64,000 bases of DNA from an uncultured delta proteobacterium (GCA_963755125.1 CAVWIP010000010.1:96001-160000), one strand, 5' to 3'; shown: positions 1-13,465, counted from the first letter of the stretch. A program made the numbers and translations. The notes: generated by a model not told the origin, from the letters alone.

Positions 1-1248
1 CGTCAGCGTCGGCGCAGTCACCGTCACCGAGGTCGTGCCGCTGATCCCGCCCAGCGTGGCCGTGATGGAGGTCGTGCCCGCGGCCACTGCCGTTGCCAGA
101 CCCGCACTTGCGCCGGTGGCGACTACCGTAAGGACGCCAGTATCGGCGGTCAACCAGGTAGCCTGCTGGGTCACGTCGCCGGTGGAGTTGTCGTCGTAAA
201 CGGCCGTCGCCATGAAGGGCTGGGTCACGCCCCGCTGCAGGATCGGCTGCGTGGGAGTGATCCCGATACTGGTGATCTTCTTCGCCACCACATTGATCTC
301 AACCGTTCCACTGACCGCCTGCATGGTCGCTGTCACAGTGACCGTCCCCACGGCCACGCCGGTGACCTGGCCCTTGGTGGTGGCAGTGTTTCCGACGGTC
401 GCGATGGTCGCATCGGACGAACTCCAGGTCGCCTGAGACGTCACGTCCTGCTTGCTACCGTCAGCGAACACCCCCGTGGCCACCAGATTCACTGTCTGGC
501 CGATGGGCAGCGGCGCCACGGCCTGGATGCTGATCGATTGCAAGGTGGTATCGAGCACCGTGACCGTCGCGGTGGCGCTCTTGCCTTGGTAGGTGGCGGT
601 GATGGTCGCAGTTCCAGGATGAACACCGGTTAGGGTGGTTCCGGACACCGTCACATAGGTGGGAGCGCCGGACGTCACTGTCGCCGAGCTGGACACGTCC
701 TTGCTGCTACCGTCGGAGTAAACTCCCGTAATCACGACCGAAAGCGTGGTCCCCATTGCCAGCGTCGGACTGGGAGGCGCGATCTCGATGCTCGACAAGG
801 TGGCAGCAGCAACATCGCCGCCGGCGTCACGCGCATCGCCTGGCAGCGCCACCTCGGCCCGGCCGCCGTCGGTTGCCGGCCCGTCTCTGCCGTCGGACCC
901 GCCGACTTCAGCACGAACCTCCGACGCGCCGACCTCGATCCGACTGTCCGACGACGTCCCGACCTCGATCCGACTGTCCGACGACGTCCCGACCTCGATC
1001 CGACTGTCCGACGACGTCCCGACCTCGATCCGACTGTCCGGTGTCCCGACACTTTCCGCACCCAGGCCATCGAAGCGTCCATCTTGGATGCCGCCGTCAA
1101 AACGCCGATCAGCACTGCCGTCGCCAACAAAACCTCCCTCGCCAGCGAAACCTCCGTCGCCGCCCAGTGCCCGCAGCCCGCTGCGCCCGCCACAAGCACC
1201 CATCGTGCCGATCAATGCCAGACAGAGTACCAGCCTTGTTCTCATCAT
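1..1248 (-). CDS. Ig-like (Big_2-type, Lig-like) repeat surface lipoprotein; 5' part only, runs off the left edge
   Basis: Not in the ORF track; manual translation. ATG at 1248 preceded by GGAG; MMRTRLVLCLALIGTMGAC lipobox; Asp/Gly-rich linker; then at least 3 Big_2-like repeats (LSSIEIAP..GVYSDGSSKDVS, LQSISI..GVFADGSKQDVTSQATWSSSD, ITSIGITP..VYDDNSTGDVTQQATW). Open to position 1. Confidence 0.85.
   Translation of the reverse strand, partial: MMRTRLVLCLALIGTMGACGGRSGLRALGGDGGFAGEGGFVGDGSADRRFDGGIQDGRFDGLGAESVGTPDSRIEVGTSSDSRIEVGTSSDSRIEVGTSSDSRIEVGASEVRAEVGGSDGRDGPATDGGRAEVALPGDARDAGGDVAAATLSSIEIAPPSPTLAMGTTLSVVITGVYSDGSSKDVSSSATVTSGAPTYVTVSGTTLTGVHPGTATITATYQGKSATATVTVLDTTLQSISIQAVAPLPIGQTVNLVATGVFADGSKQDVTSQATWSSSDATIATVGNTATTKGQVTGVAVGTVTVTATMQAVSGTVEINVVAKKITSIGITPTQPILQRGVTQPFMATAVYDDNSTGDVTQQATWLTADTGVLTVVATGASAGLATAVAAGTTSITATLGGISGTTSVTVTAPTLT
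929..1040. repeat. 30-bp perfect tandem repeat (about 3.7 copies) encoding GTSSDSRIEV in the lipoprotein linker
   Basis: GACCTCGATCCGACTGTCCGACGACGTCCC at 931, 961 and 991, partial copy at 1021. Confidence 0.95.
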
Positions 1249-1472
1249 AGATTTTGCTTCTCCTGACTCGTTGCCTCGGTTTGAAACGCCTGGATCCACG
1301 CGCACCTTCGCACGCGGATCCTTCCGCATCCCGCGGCGCCCATGGCCCTACACTCCGTTGTAAGAGAGTCTGGCGCCGAAGACTTGTCAATGATTGCAAG
1401 AACTCCAGGCCATTTAGTGCCCGCACTTGCTACGCGTTCGAGTCCGCCGGCGGATACCCTTGGGGTGGTCGC

Positions 1473-2882
1473 TCATGCGATTCCCTTGCCGGGATTCATG
1501 ATGCCCTTGGGATCCAGGGCCTGCTTGATCCGGCGCATGAGGTCAAGCTCGACCGCACTCTTGTAGCGCCGCGCCTCCTCACGCTTGGCCACCCCGATGC
1601 CGTGTTCGGCGCTTATCGACCCGCCGTGGGCCACCACGATGGCGTGCACAACGCGCGTGACGTCCTCCCAGCGGGCAAGATACGCCTCCTGGTCCATGCC
1701 CACGGGTTGGCTGAAGTTGAAGTGCAGGTTGCCGTCGCCCACGTGGCCGAAGGGCACGGGCCGGACGCCGGGAATCAGTTCGGCCACGGCGGCCAGCGCT
1801 TCGAAGATGAATCCTGGGATTTGCGACAGGGGCACCGAGACGTCGTTCTTGATGCTGCCGCCTTCCCGCTTCTGCGCCTCGGAGATGGATTCGCGCAGCT
1901 TCCACAGCGCCGCCGCCTGGGCCGCGCTGCCGGCCAAAGCTGCATCGGTAACCAGGCCACGGTCCAGCCCGGAAGTCATGAATGCCTCGGCCCTGTCACG
2001 CGGGACCGTAAGGTCCACGAGCACGTACCATGGCGATCGGGTTGCCAGCGGATCGATCGAGCCCGCCACGTTCTTCAGCACCAGATCGAGGGCGAAGCGC
2101 GAGATCATCTCGAAGGCCAGCACCCCGCCGTCACCCGACACTTCGCGCGCCAGGGTCAGGAGAGCAAGCACCGCATCCGGGGTGGGCACAGCAGCGAACA
2201 CAGTTTCCACCCGACCATGGCGTGGGAACAGCTTCAACACGGCAGCGGTAATGATTCCCAGCGTGCCCTCGCCGCCGATGTAGAGTTGCTTGAGATCGTA
2301 GCCGGTATTGTCCTTGCGCAGGCCGCGCAGACCGTTCCAGATCTCGCCCTCGGCGGTGACGACTTCCAGCCCCAGCACGAGATCGCGCGAGTTCCCGTAG
2401 CGCAGCACGTGGATGCCGCCGGCATTGGCCGAAAGATTGCCACCGATCTGGCAACTGCCTTCGGCGGCCAGGCTGAGAGGGAAGAGCCGGTCCTTCTCGG
2501 CCGCGGCTTGCTGAACCGCCGCGAGCACGCAGCCCGCCTCGGCGGTCAGGGTGTTGTTGATCGGGTCCACGGCCCGCACGCGGTTCATGCGCGACAGATT
2601 GACCAGGATCTCGTGGCCGCTGGCGCGCGGAATCTGCGCGCCCACCAGACCGGTGTTCCCCCCTTGCGGCACGATGCCCACCTCGGCCTCGGCGCACACG
2701 CGTACGATGGCCCCGACTTCGGCGACGCTTGCCGGCTTGAGCATCAGCGGGGTCTTGCCCTGGAAGCGGCTACGCCACTCCACCAGGTGCGGCGCCAAGG
2801 TGTCCGGATCCTCGGACCAGCCGGCAGGACCGACGATCTGCTTCAGGCGTTCGAGAGTGGCCTTGTCAGGGGGGCGAGGCAT
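1473..2882 (-). CDS. FAD-binding oxidoreductase, GlcD/D-2-hydroxyacid dehydrogenase family
   Basis: PQGGNTGLVG, GSCQIGGNLSANAGG, KDNTGYDL, GHVGDGNLH, SAEHGIG, DPKGIMNPGK motifs. Confidence 0.92.
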   Translation of the reverse strand: MPRPPDKATLERLKQIVGPAGWSEDPDTLAPHLVEWRSRFQGKTPLMLKPASVAEVGAIVRVCAEAEVGIVPQGGNTGLVGAQIPRASGHEILVNLSRMNRVRAVDPINNTLTAEAGCVLAAVQQAAAEKDRLFPLSLAAEGSCQIGGNLSANAGGIHVLRYGNSRDLVLGLEVVTAEGEIWNGLRGLRKDNTGYDLKQLYIGGEGTLGIITAAVLKLFPRHGRVETVFAAVPTPDAVLALLTLAREVSGDGGVLAFEMISRFALDLVLKNVAGSIDPLATRSPWYVLVDLTVPRDRAEAFMTSGLDRGLVTDAALAGSAAQAAALWKLRESISEAQKREGGSIKNDVSVPLSQIPGFIFEALAAVAELIPGVRPVPFGHVGDGNLHFNFSQPVGMDQEAYLARWEDVTRVVHAIVVAHGGSISAEHGIGVAKREEARRYKSAVELDLMRRIKQALDPKGIMNPGKGIA

Positions 2883-3074
2883 GGGTGGAACATGCTAGTA
2901 CCGCCCGTCGAAAATTCGTAGCTCGTTGAGCAGTCGGAGGGACGACGGCGACGTGCCAGCGAAGCTCGACGTCGTGCGCCGTGGTTGATTCATGCCGAGA
3001 GGGAAAGTTCGACCTATAATTCCGCCTCGAATGTGTTGCCCGAACGGGCCTGTATCAATGAGCAAGGAGAGTAC

Positions 3075-3746
3075 ATGAGAAAGCTTGGCATCTCGGTCAT
3101 GGTTTGCCTTCTTGCGGTCGCGACCGGCTGCGGTAGCAGCAACAGCAACGGCGGCGCCGGCGGCAGCAGTGGAGGGAAAGGGGGGGTGACTGCGGCGGGT
3201 GGCAGCAATGACGGCACGACTGCCGTGGGTGGCAGCAGCGGCGGCGCCAGCGCAGTCGCTACCGGTGGCAGCAGCAGCGGCGCGTCTGCCATGGGCGGCA
3301 GCGGCGGTGGAACCGGCGCCAGTTCGTGCGTTCTGCCAAGCTGTCTGAAGAATCTCGGCACCGGCTGCGTCGAGAGTGGAAGCTGCGCCACGCAGACCAA
3401 CCTGGAAACCGGAAGCTGGAACACCTGTTACGACAACGGGATCGCGGAGATCGTGGTCAACGACGTCAACACGGATGACATGACCATGACCGTGAAGAAC
3501 GGGAGCTCAACCTGTTTCTCGACAGCGTTCAACCGGAACGACGTCTATACCTGCGTGGGCTCCATCACGGTGAAGGACGCATCGGGCGCAGCCGTGGCGA
3601 GCGTGACGTTGGATTGCTCGGGCGCCTTCTACACTGTCACCTGCACGGGCGGCCAGGCGGTGGCTCTCGATCCATCTTGTGGGACGGCCTGGCCGATATC
3701 CATGCTGATGGGCTCAGGCTGCAACGAGGGAGGCTGCACGCCCTAG
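3075..3746 (+). CDS. Cys-rich hypothetical lipoprotein with Gly/Ser linker
   Basis: AAGGAG RBS before ATG 3075; lipobox VATGC; Gly-rich linker; multiple Cys; TATAAT at 3015-3020 upstream. Confidence 0.8.
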   Translation: MRKLGISVMVCLLAVATGCGSSNSNGGAGGSSGGKGGVTAAGGSNDGTTAVGGSSGGASAVATGGSSSGASAMGGSGGGTGASSCVLPSCLKNLGTGCVESGSCATQTNLETGSWNTCYDNGIAEIVVNDVNTDDMTMTVKNGSSTCFSTAFNRNDVYTCVGSITVKDASGAAVASVTLDCSGAFYTVTCTGGQAVALDPSCGTAWPISMLMGSGCNEGGCTP

Positions 3747-3823
3747 CAGCATGGAGGGAATCGGGCCGTCGCGTGGTGCTTGAGCCCTTCGCAAACGACG
3801 AACAATCTGCGAAGAATGAGCCC

Positions 3824-4168
3824 ATGCCCTGGCTCAAATCTCCTGTCGCCTTCATTGTCGGTTCGCAAGCCCTCTTCACCGCGGGTGACCTGCTTGCCCG
3901 CGCCAACATGCGCAGGGGTGGCTTCGGCCTAGCCAACTTTCTCACCTGGTGGTTCGTCATCTACTTTTCCCTGCGTACGGCAGCCATGTTCGGCCAGCTC
4001 TACGTCCTGGCCAGCGTGCCCATCGGCAAGTCGATGGCCCTCTACGGCGCGACTTCCATCGCCCTGGTGAACGTGCTGGGTGTGCTTCTTCTCGGCGAAG
4101 TCTTGGGCGCACGCGCCTATGCCGGCGTGTCTCTGGCGGTCCTGGCCTTCGTCGTCATGGCCCTCTGA
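3824..4168 (+). CDS. small 4-TM membrane protein, SMR/DMT (EamA half)-like
   Basis: 114 aa, four hydrophobic segments, C-terminal LGVLLLGEVLG..YAGVSL pattern typical of DMT/SMR. Confidence 0.6.
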   Translation: MPWLKSPVAFIVGSQALFTAGDLLARANMRRGGFGLANFLTWWFVIYFSLRTAAMFGQLYVLASVPIGKSMALYGATSIALVNVLGVLLLGEVLGARAYAGVSLAVLAFVVMAL

Positions 4169-4176
4169 TCGCGGCG

Positions 4177-5898
4177 TCACCGCGCTGGCAGGGGCGCGAC
4201 CGGCGGAGGCGGCGCGGGCGCCGGAAAGACTGCGCCAGGCTTCTTGCGGTACACGGTCCAGGTTCCGCTGTGGGCCAGGACCTCCATGCTGTCTCGATAC
4301 GGTCCGAAGGGGTTGGCGCCCGGCACGGGGTTGCGCACGAAGAAGTAGTCGAAGATCGGCACGGATTGGATGGGATGGATGTCGAGGGGTCTCCACGGGT
4401 CTGGCAGTTCCGCGCCGGCGGGCTTTCGTGTGCATGGCATGTGGCGCATCCCACAGTAGGACAGGGGCGCCATGCTGCCGGGCACGGATCGCGTGGCCAC
4501 GTAGAGGTCAGGCAGCCCCACGAGAACCGACTCGATCCGCATCACGTGCGAGCTGCGGTCGTACACCACGCCCATGGCCTTGCCACCCGGTGGCGTCTTG
4601 TTCAGCACCTCCACGAAATCCGCGGTCTCTGTTGCGAACAGACGGTAGTGCACGATCAGCTGGTACCCGTAGAGCGCGCACATGATCACGGCCGGCACGG
4701 GAACGACGAGCCGGAGCACGCCGCGCACACGCCCGAGACCTGCTGGCACGAGCGCGATGGCCATCAGGATCACCAGCACGGCGAAGCGCGGGAAGAACGT
4801 CATCAGGTCGAGCTCGCCCAGATGGTGCGGCAGCATGAGATAGGCGACCAGCGCGCCCGCAAAGGCCACCACAAGCGCGGGCCACATTCGCAAGCGAGGG
4901 CGCGCCGGGGACGGGTTGGGCAACAATGCCCAGGCCGCCAGCCCGGCAACCAAGTAGACGGCGATCACGAGGAGCAAGGCGCGGCACGCCTTGACCTCCA
5001 CCTGATCGACGAAGGCGCGCATGGCGTGCCCGGGAAGGGCCCAAAGACGCAGGCCGAAATCGTGCAGGAAGGTTCCCCGGTTGAGATCCTTGAGGCGGTG
5101 ACGCTTGACCAAGCCCCAGGCATAGGCAAACGTGGTCTTGGCCGGTCCGCTCGCGCCAGACACGGAACCGATGAACTGCCAGTAGGCCAGGGCGGCGAGC
5201 GCCGGCAGGAGCGTGCTCGCACCCAGCAAGCGCCGACGCCAGGGCAACGCAGCCAGCAGAGCAAACGCCAGCACCGCGCCCACCCCATAGAGAAAATTCT
5301 GCAGGTGACACAGGAAGAGGAACAAGCCCGCCGCGGCTGCCCAAAGCCAGCTCCATCGTAGCTGGCCCGGCTCACTGTGGAGGTGCTTCACCGTCTGCGC
5401 CAGCAACAGCATGAGCACCGGCAGCGACAGCGCAAAGCTGATGAACCCATAGTGCAGGGTCAGGTTGTACGCGAGCGGGAAGGCGAGCAGCGCCGGAATG
5501 CGGCTGCGACCACAGGCCACCAACAACGATGCCGTGGAAAGCGGCATCGCCGCGATGTACAGCGCCACGATCAGCTTGTGCGCCAGCAGCAGGTTCATCA
5601 CCTTGCCCAGCGCCACCAGCATGAGGTAGTGGGCCGCGTAGGGCGCCAAGCGCAGGCTGCCCTGGTAGAAGGCCGCGTAGGGAGAAGCTGGCGAACTGCG
5701 CTTGCCCAGCATGTCGGCCAGCGCCAGATGGAACGGCAGGTCCAGCCCGGGCAGGATCTGCGTGACGAAGAGTGGCGCCCAGTACAGGGGCAGCAGGATC
5801 AGGAAGCAGACCCCAAAAACCTTGGCGTCGCCGTCGGACATGACGAGGCCGTCGAGCAGCCAGCGCCGGAGGCGTGATTTCAACTGTGTGAAGCCCAA
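4177..5898 (-). CDS. polytopic membrane protein, possible GT-C-fold glycosyltransferase
   Basis: About 11-12 TM segments; acidic motif in the first loop (PGLDLPFH); C-terminal soluble domain; start may be ATG near 5841. Confidence 0.6.
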   Translation of the reverse strand: MGFTQLKSRLRRWLLDGLVMSDGDAKVFGVCFLILLPLYWAPLFVTQILPGLDLPFHLALADMLGKRSSPASPYAAFYQGSLRLAPYAAHYLMLVALGKVMNLLLAHKLIVALYIAAMPLSTASLLVACGRSRIPALLAFPLAYNLTLHYGFISFALSLPVLMLLLAQTVKHLHSEPGQLRWSWLWAAAAGLFLFLCHLQNFLYGVGAVLAFALLAALPWRRRLLGASTLLPALAALAYWQFIGSVSGASGPAKTTFAYAWGLVKRHRLKDLNRGTFLHDFGLRLWALPGHAMRAFVDQVEVKACRALLLVIAVYLVAGLAAWALLPNPSPARPRLRMWPALVVAFAGALVAYLMLPHHLGELDLMTFFPRFAVLVILMAIALVPAGLGRVRGVLRLVVPVPAVIMCALYGYQLIVHYRLFATETADFVEVLNKTPPGGKAMGVVYDRSSHVMRIESVLVGLPDLYVATRSVPGSMAPLSYCGMRHMPCTRKPAGAELPDPWRPLDIHPIQSVPIFDYFFVRNPVPGANPFGPYRDSMEVLAHSGTWTVYRKKPGAVFPAPAPPPPVAPLPAR

Positions 5899-5981
5899 GT
5901 GACCGCCTGTGTATACACCAACTCGACCAGCATTCCGCCTGACAGCGGTTGCAATCGCTGTGGTATAGATTCCGCCGACCC

Positions 5982-6724
5982 ATGGGCCTGATGGATCTCT
6001 TCTCCAAGGAAAAGCGTGAGGAACGCGCGCTGGCCAACCTCATCCGGCGCGCGACGCACAAGTACTTGCAATCGCCCGAGCGCTACAAGGCCATGGAGGG
6101 GCTGGCCAACGAAGGCTCGGATGCAGCCCTCTACGGCCTGCTGTGCCGGTTCGGCATGGTGTACGACAAGTCCATCGAGGACGAACAGGAGAAGGAGTGG
6201 GTCTTCGACACCGTGGCAGCCAAAGGCCGGGCGGCCCTGCCGGCGGTCAAGCGCTACCTGCGCTCCGCGGATTCGGTGTCGTGGCCGCTGCGCCTGCTAC
6301 CCAAGGTGGCCAGCAAGGAAGAGGAATTCGCCATCGTCGAGGAAGTCCTGGCCGAGCACGAGCCGGGCTACGAACGCGACCCGACCAAGAAGATTCAGCT
6401 CCTGCGCCATCTTGGCCAGCAGAAAGAACCAAGGGCGCCGTCGCTGGTGGCGCCCTATCTAGGGGACATGGACGAGGGCGTGCGCTTCGCCGCGGCGGAG
6501 AGCCTGCTGCGCCTGAAGAACGAAGAGGTGGCGCGCGAGGCGCTGCTGCAGATTTTTGTTTCCGACACCGAAGAGAGCTTGCGCCTGCGCATCCGCATCG
6601 CCCAGGGATTCGCCGAACTGGGCTGGCTGGTGCACGGTCACCGGGGTGGCGTGGAAAAGAAACTGCCCGAGGGGTTCCAACTCGACCGCGAGGGCCACAT
6701 CCTTGACCGGAAGCAATCCGAGTA

Positions 6725-6725
<1 letters not shown>
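5982..6725 (+). CDS. HEAT-repeat protein
   Basis: Helical repeats such as [18 protein letters not shown]; stop overlaps the carB start (TAATG). Confidence 0.75.
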
Positions 6726-10100
<3,375 letters not shown>

Positions 10101-10108
<8 letters not shown>

Positions 10109-10592
10109 CAGAATTCCGATGACCCCACGCGGGGTGAAGAAGCTGCGCGAGGAGTTGAAGCGACTGCGCGAGGTGGAGCGTCCCAAGAATGTGCAGGACA
10201 TCGAAATCGCGCGCGCCCACGGCGACCTTTCGGAAAACGCCGAATTTCACGCCGCCAAGGAACGGCAGAGCTTCATCGAGGGCCGCTCGCGCGAGATCGA
10301 CAGCATCCTGGCCCAGGCCGAGATCATCGACCCCGCCAAGCTGTCCGGCGATCGCGTGGTCTTCGGCGCCACGGTTCGCCTGACCGACACGGATTCGGGC
10401 GAGGAAACCAGCTACAGCATCGTGGGTGACTACGAGGGCGACATCAAGGAAGGCCGCCTCGCCATATCGGCTCCGCTGGCGCGCGCGCTCATCGGTCGCG
10501 AAAAAGGCGACACGATCAGCTTGCGCACGGGCAAGGGCACCCGCGAGTACCAGATCGCGGACATCCAGTTCCTTCCGGTGCAAGACGCCTGA
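10101..10592 (+). CDS. greA: transcription elongation factor GreA
   Basis: [34 protein letters not shown] 10101 overlaps the carB end. Confidence 0.97.
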
Positions 10593-10597
10593 TTGAC

Positions 10598-11218
10598 ATG
10601 CCGGGAATCGAAGTCGTATTCCTCGACCTGGGCAATGTCCTTGCCTTTCACGACGACGACGTGCTTTGCCGCCGGCTGTCCCAGTACGGCGGAGCCCCAC
10701 CCGAAGTGATCCGCGAACGCCTGCTGGCTCTGTGGGATCCCTTGAACCGTGGAGTTCTGGCGGGAGACGAACTTCGGCGCGCCGTGTGCCAGGCCTCGGG
10801 AGCGAGCAAGGTCATGAACGCAGAGACTTTTCTCGAAGTCTGGACCTGCTATTTCCGCATCCACCATGACGTCTTGCCGATGGTGGAAGCGCTTTGGGGT
10901 CGCGTCCAGCTCGCGCTCATCTCCAACACCAACGAGATTCAGTGGCGCTTCCTGCGGCCGCAGCTTCCCTTGCTCGAGCGCTTCAGCGCCCACGTGCTGT
11001 CCTACCAACTCGGGCTGGCCAAGCCAGACCCCGAGATCTTTCGCACGGCGCTCCGCCGCGTCGGCTGCCCAGCCGAGGCTTGCGCTTTCTTCGACGACCT
11101 GCCCGCCTTCGTGGATGCCGCCTGTGCGCTCGGCATCCGGGGCGAGGTCTTCACCACCGCCGCCAATTTCCGCGTCCAGCTCGCACGGCTGGGACTACCT
11201 GTCTCAGTCCGTCTCTAG
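10598..11218 (+). CDS. HAD-family phosphatase (YihX-like)
   Basis: FLDLGNVL motif I, ISNTN, KPDPEIF, FFDD. Confidence 0.9.
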   Translation: MPGIEVVFLDLGNVLAFHDDDVLCRRLSQYGGAPPEVIRERLLALWDPLNRGVLAGDELRRAVCQASGASKVMNAETFLEVWTCYFRIHHDVLPMVEALWGRVQLALISNTNEIQWRFLRPQLPLLERFSAHVLSYQLGLAKPDPEIFRTALRRVGCPAEACAFFDDLPAFVDAACALGIRGEVFTTAANFRVQLARLGLPVSVRL

Positions 11219-11566
11219 CAGGTCGGCGGCGGCTCCCGCATCGAGCGCGGTATCCACTGCGCCGTCGGCCGCGACCGGCGCATCCTCGCTGGCGGCGTCT
11301 TCTGCCACAGCGGAACCGTCGCTGGCTGCGTCTGGCGTCGAAACCGGGCCGGCTGCGTCCTGGCCCGTGCTGCCCCCTGAGCCTGGGGTGGAAACGGGAC
11401 TGCACACGCCATTGCCGGGTGACCCGGTTTGCGCGCAGTAGAGACCGCCCGCGCAGTCCTGGTCAATCTGACAACGATCGCCTTCCCCCTGGGTGCACCC
11501 GCCACAAAGCGCGAAGGCGCCCGCGAGAGCACAGACCATAGTCATCGTTCGAAAGCTCGACTGCAT
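11204..11566 (-). CDS. small lipoprotein with Cys-rich module and Asp/Ala-rich tail
   Basis: Lipobox LCGGC; CQIDQDCAGGLYC..C; tail DAASDG/DAASED/DGAVD; start uncertain (11566 or 11545). Confidence 0.7.
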   Translation of the reverse strand: MQSSFRTMTMVCALAGAFALCGGCTQGEGDRCQIDQDCAGGLYCAQTGSPGNGVCSPVSTPGSGGSTGQDAAGPVSTPDAASDGSAVAEDAASEDAPVAADGAVDTALDAGAAADLLETD

Positions 11567-11638
11567 GGGTTCGTGGGTTAGCACGGGCACCTGCGTTTGT
11601 GAAGGCCGGAAGATTCGGCCTCATGCTAGCCTGCGTCC

Positions 11639-13465
11639 ATGGGACGTCGTCCGATTCTGATCGTGGTCGTGTCCGTCTTGGCTTGCGTCGGGACGCTCAG
11701 CTTGCGGGCCGCAGAAAAGGCCACTCACAACCTCTCTTCGGTCGAGCGCGAGGCGCGCGCCTTTCTTGCAACCATGACCGGCCTCTTGCAGCCGCTCAAC
11801 ACGGTGGCCAACCAGGCGGCCTGGACCGCCGCTACCGAGGTCAGTCCCGAGCATACGGCAGCGCGAGCCTCCACCGAGAAAGCGGCTGCGGCGGTTATCG
11901 GCTCCAAGCTGGTCATTGAACGGACCGGCGCTCTGCTGGCCAAACCAAGCGAGCTGTCTGATCTCACTCTGCGCCAGCTGCGCAAGCTGCAACTGGCCGC
12001 GGCCGAGAACCCTGGAACCATTCCCGAGGTGGTCAGCCAGCGCATCGAGGCCGAGGCCCGCCAGTCGGCTGTGCTCGACGGCTACACCTTTTGTCTGCAA
12101 CCCGTGGCCGGCGGAAAGTGTGGCCGGCCCACCTCGGCAAACGAAATCGACCAGATTCTGCGCCATTCGCGCGTGCTGGCCGATCGCGAGCGCGCCTGGT
12201 TGGCGTCCAAGGAGATCGGCCGCCCGCTCAAGCCAGGGCTGGTGGAGTTGCAGGCCCTGCGCAACCAGATCGCGCGCGCCATGGGCTACCCATCGTTCGT
12301 CGGCCTGCAGGTGGCCGACTACGGCATGACGATCGACGAGATGATGGCGCTGATGGACGCCACGCTGGAGGCGTCAAAGCCGCTCTTCGACGGGCTGCAC
12401 TGCCTTGCGAAACACGCTCTCGCCGATCGATATGGAAAGTCAGTACCCAGACTGATTCCCGCGCACTGGCTGGGCAACCGCTGGGCACAGGAGTGGCCCG
12501 GCTTGGTCGAAGGCACCAGCCTGGATCCCTTGTTCAAGGGCAAGTCGCCCGAGTTCATCGTGCGCACTGCCGAGGATTTCTACGTGTCGCTGGGATTCCC
12601 GCGTCTGCCCGAGACGTTCTGGAAGAAGTCGGACCTCTTTCCGGTGCCGCCCAATTCGCCGCGCAAGAAGAACGCCCACGCCACCGCCTGGCACATCGAC
12701 GGCGAAAGCGACGTGCGCTCGCTCATGAGCGTGGAGCCGAACGCGCAGTGGTTCGGCACGGCCCACCACGAGCTGGGCCACATCTACTACTACCTCGCCT
12801 ACGCCACACCCGAGGTGCCCTACCTGCTGCGCGCCGGGGCCAACCGGGCCTTTCACGAGGCGGTGGGCGAGTTGGCGCGGCTGGCGAGCCAGCAGCCTGC
12901 CTATCTGCGCAAGCTCGGCCTCGTCCGCGCCGGGCAAGAGCCCGACGCCACGGCCGCGCTCCTGCAGTCGGCGCTGGAGTCGATCGTGTTCTTGCCCTTT
13001 GCCGCCGGCACCATGACCCACTTCGAATACGATCTGTACCAGCGCGATTTGCCAGTTGCCGAATGGCAAGACCGCTGGTGGCAATACGTCGCCACCTACC
13101 AGGGAGTACAACCGCCGGGCAAGCGCGCCCCCGATCTGTGCGACGCCTGCAGCAAGACCCACATCAACGACGATCCTGCGCAGTACTACGACTACGCCAT
13201 CGCCACCCTGATCAAGTTCCAGCTCCACGATCACATCTGCCGCAAGATCGTGAAGCAGGAACCACGCGCCTGCGACTACTCGGGCAGCGAGGAGGCCGGC
13301 CGCTTCCTGCGCGATATTCTCAAGCTGGGCGCCACGCGCGACTGGCGCAAGGTCATGCGCGAGGCCACCGGCGAGGACATCGGCCCGCGCGCCATGCTGG
13401 ATTTCTATCAGCCCGTGCTCGATGACCTAGCCAAGCGAAACCAGGGGCTAGATTGTTCGCGCTAG
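11639..13465 (+). CDS. M2-family metallopeptidase (peptidyl-dipeptidase A/ACE-like), secreted
   Basis: Signal peptide; IPAHWLGNRWAQEW, HHELGH zinc motif, GANRAFHEAVGE. Confidence 0.92.
   Translation: MGRRPILIVVVSVLACVGTLSLRAAEKATHNLSSVEREARAFLATMTGLLQPLNTVANQAAWTAATEVSPEHTAARASTEKAAAAVIGSKLVIERTGALLAKPSELSDLTLRQLRKLQLAAAENPGTIPEVVSQRIEAEARQSAVLDGYTFCLQPVAGGKCGRPTSANEIDQILRHSRVLADRERAWLASKEIGRPLKPGLVELQALRNQIARAMGYPSFVGLQVADYGMTIDEMMALMDATLEASKPLFDGLHCLAKHALADRYGKSVPRLIPAHWLGNRWAQEWPGLVEGTSLDPLFKGKSPEFIVRTAEDFYVSLGFPRLPETFWKKSDLFPVPPNSPRKKNAHATAWHIDGESDVRSLMSVEPNAQWFGTAHHELGHIYYYLAYATPEVPYLLRAGANRAFHEAVGELARLASQQPAYLRKLGLVRAGQEPDATAALLQSALESIVFLPFAAGTMTHFEYDLYQRDLPVAEWQDRWWQYVATYQGVQPPGKRAPDLCDACSKTHINDDPAQYYDYAIATLIKFQLHDHICRKIVKQEPRACDYSGSEEAGRFLRDILKLGATRDWRKVMREATGEDIGPRAMLDFYQPVLDDLAKRNQGLDCSR

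Noticed and set aside
929..1040. 30-bp repeats as a CRISPR array
   Set aside because: Head-to-tail with no spacers, and in frame within a lipoprotein gene
1254..2921. Long antisense or alternative-frame ORFs here and throughout (e.g. 7877-10201, 30949-32727, 51933-53402, 61122-62648)
   Set aside because: Shadow ORFs expected from high-GC codon bias opposite well-supported genes; no recognisable motifs
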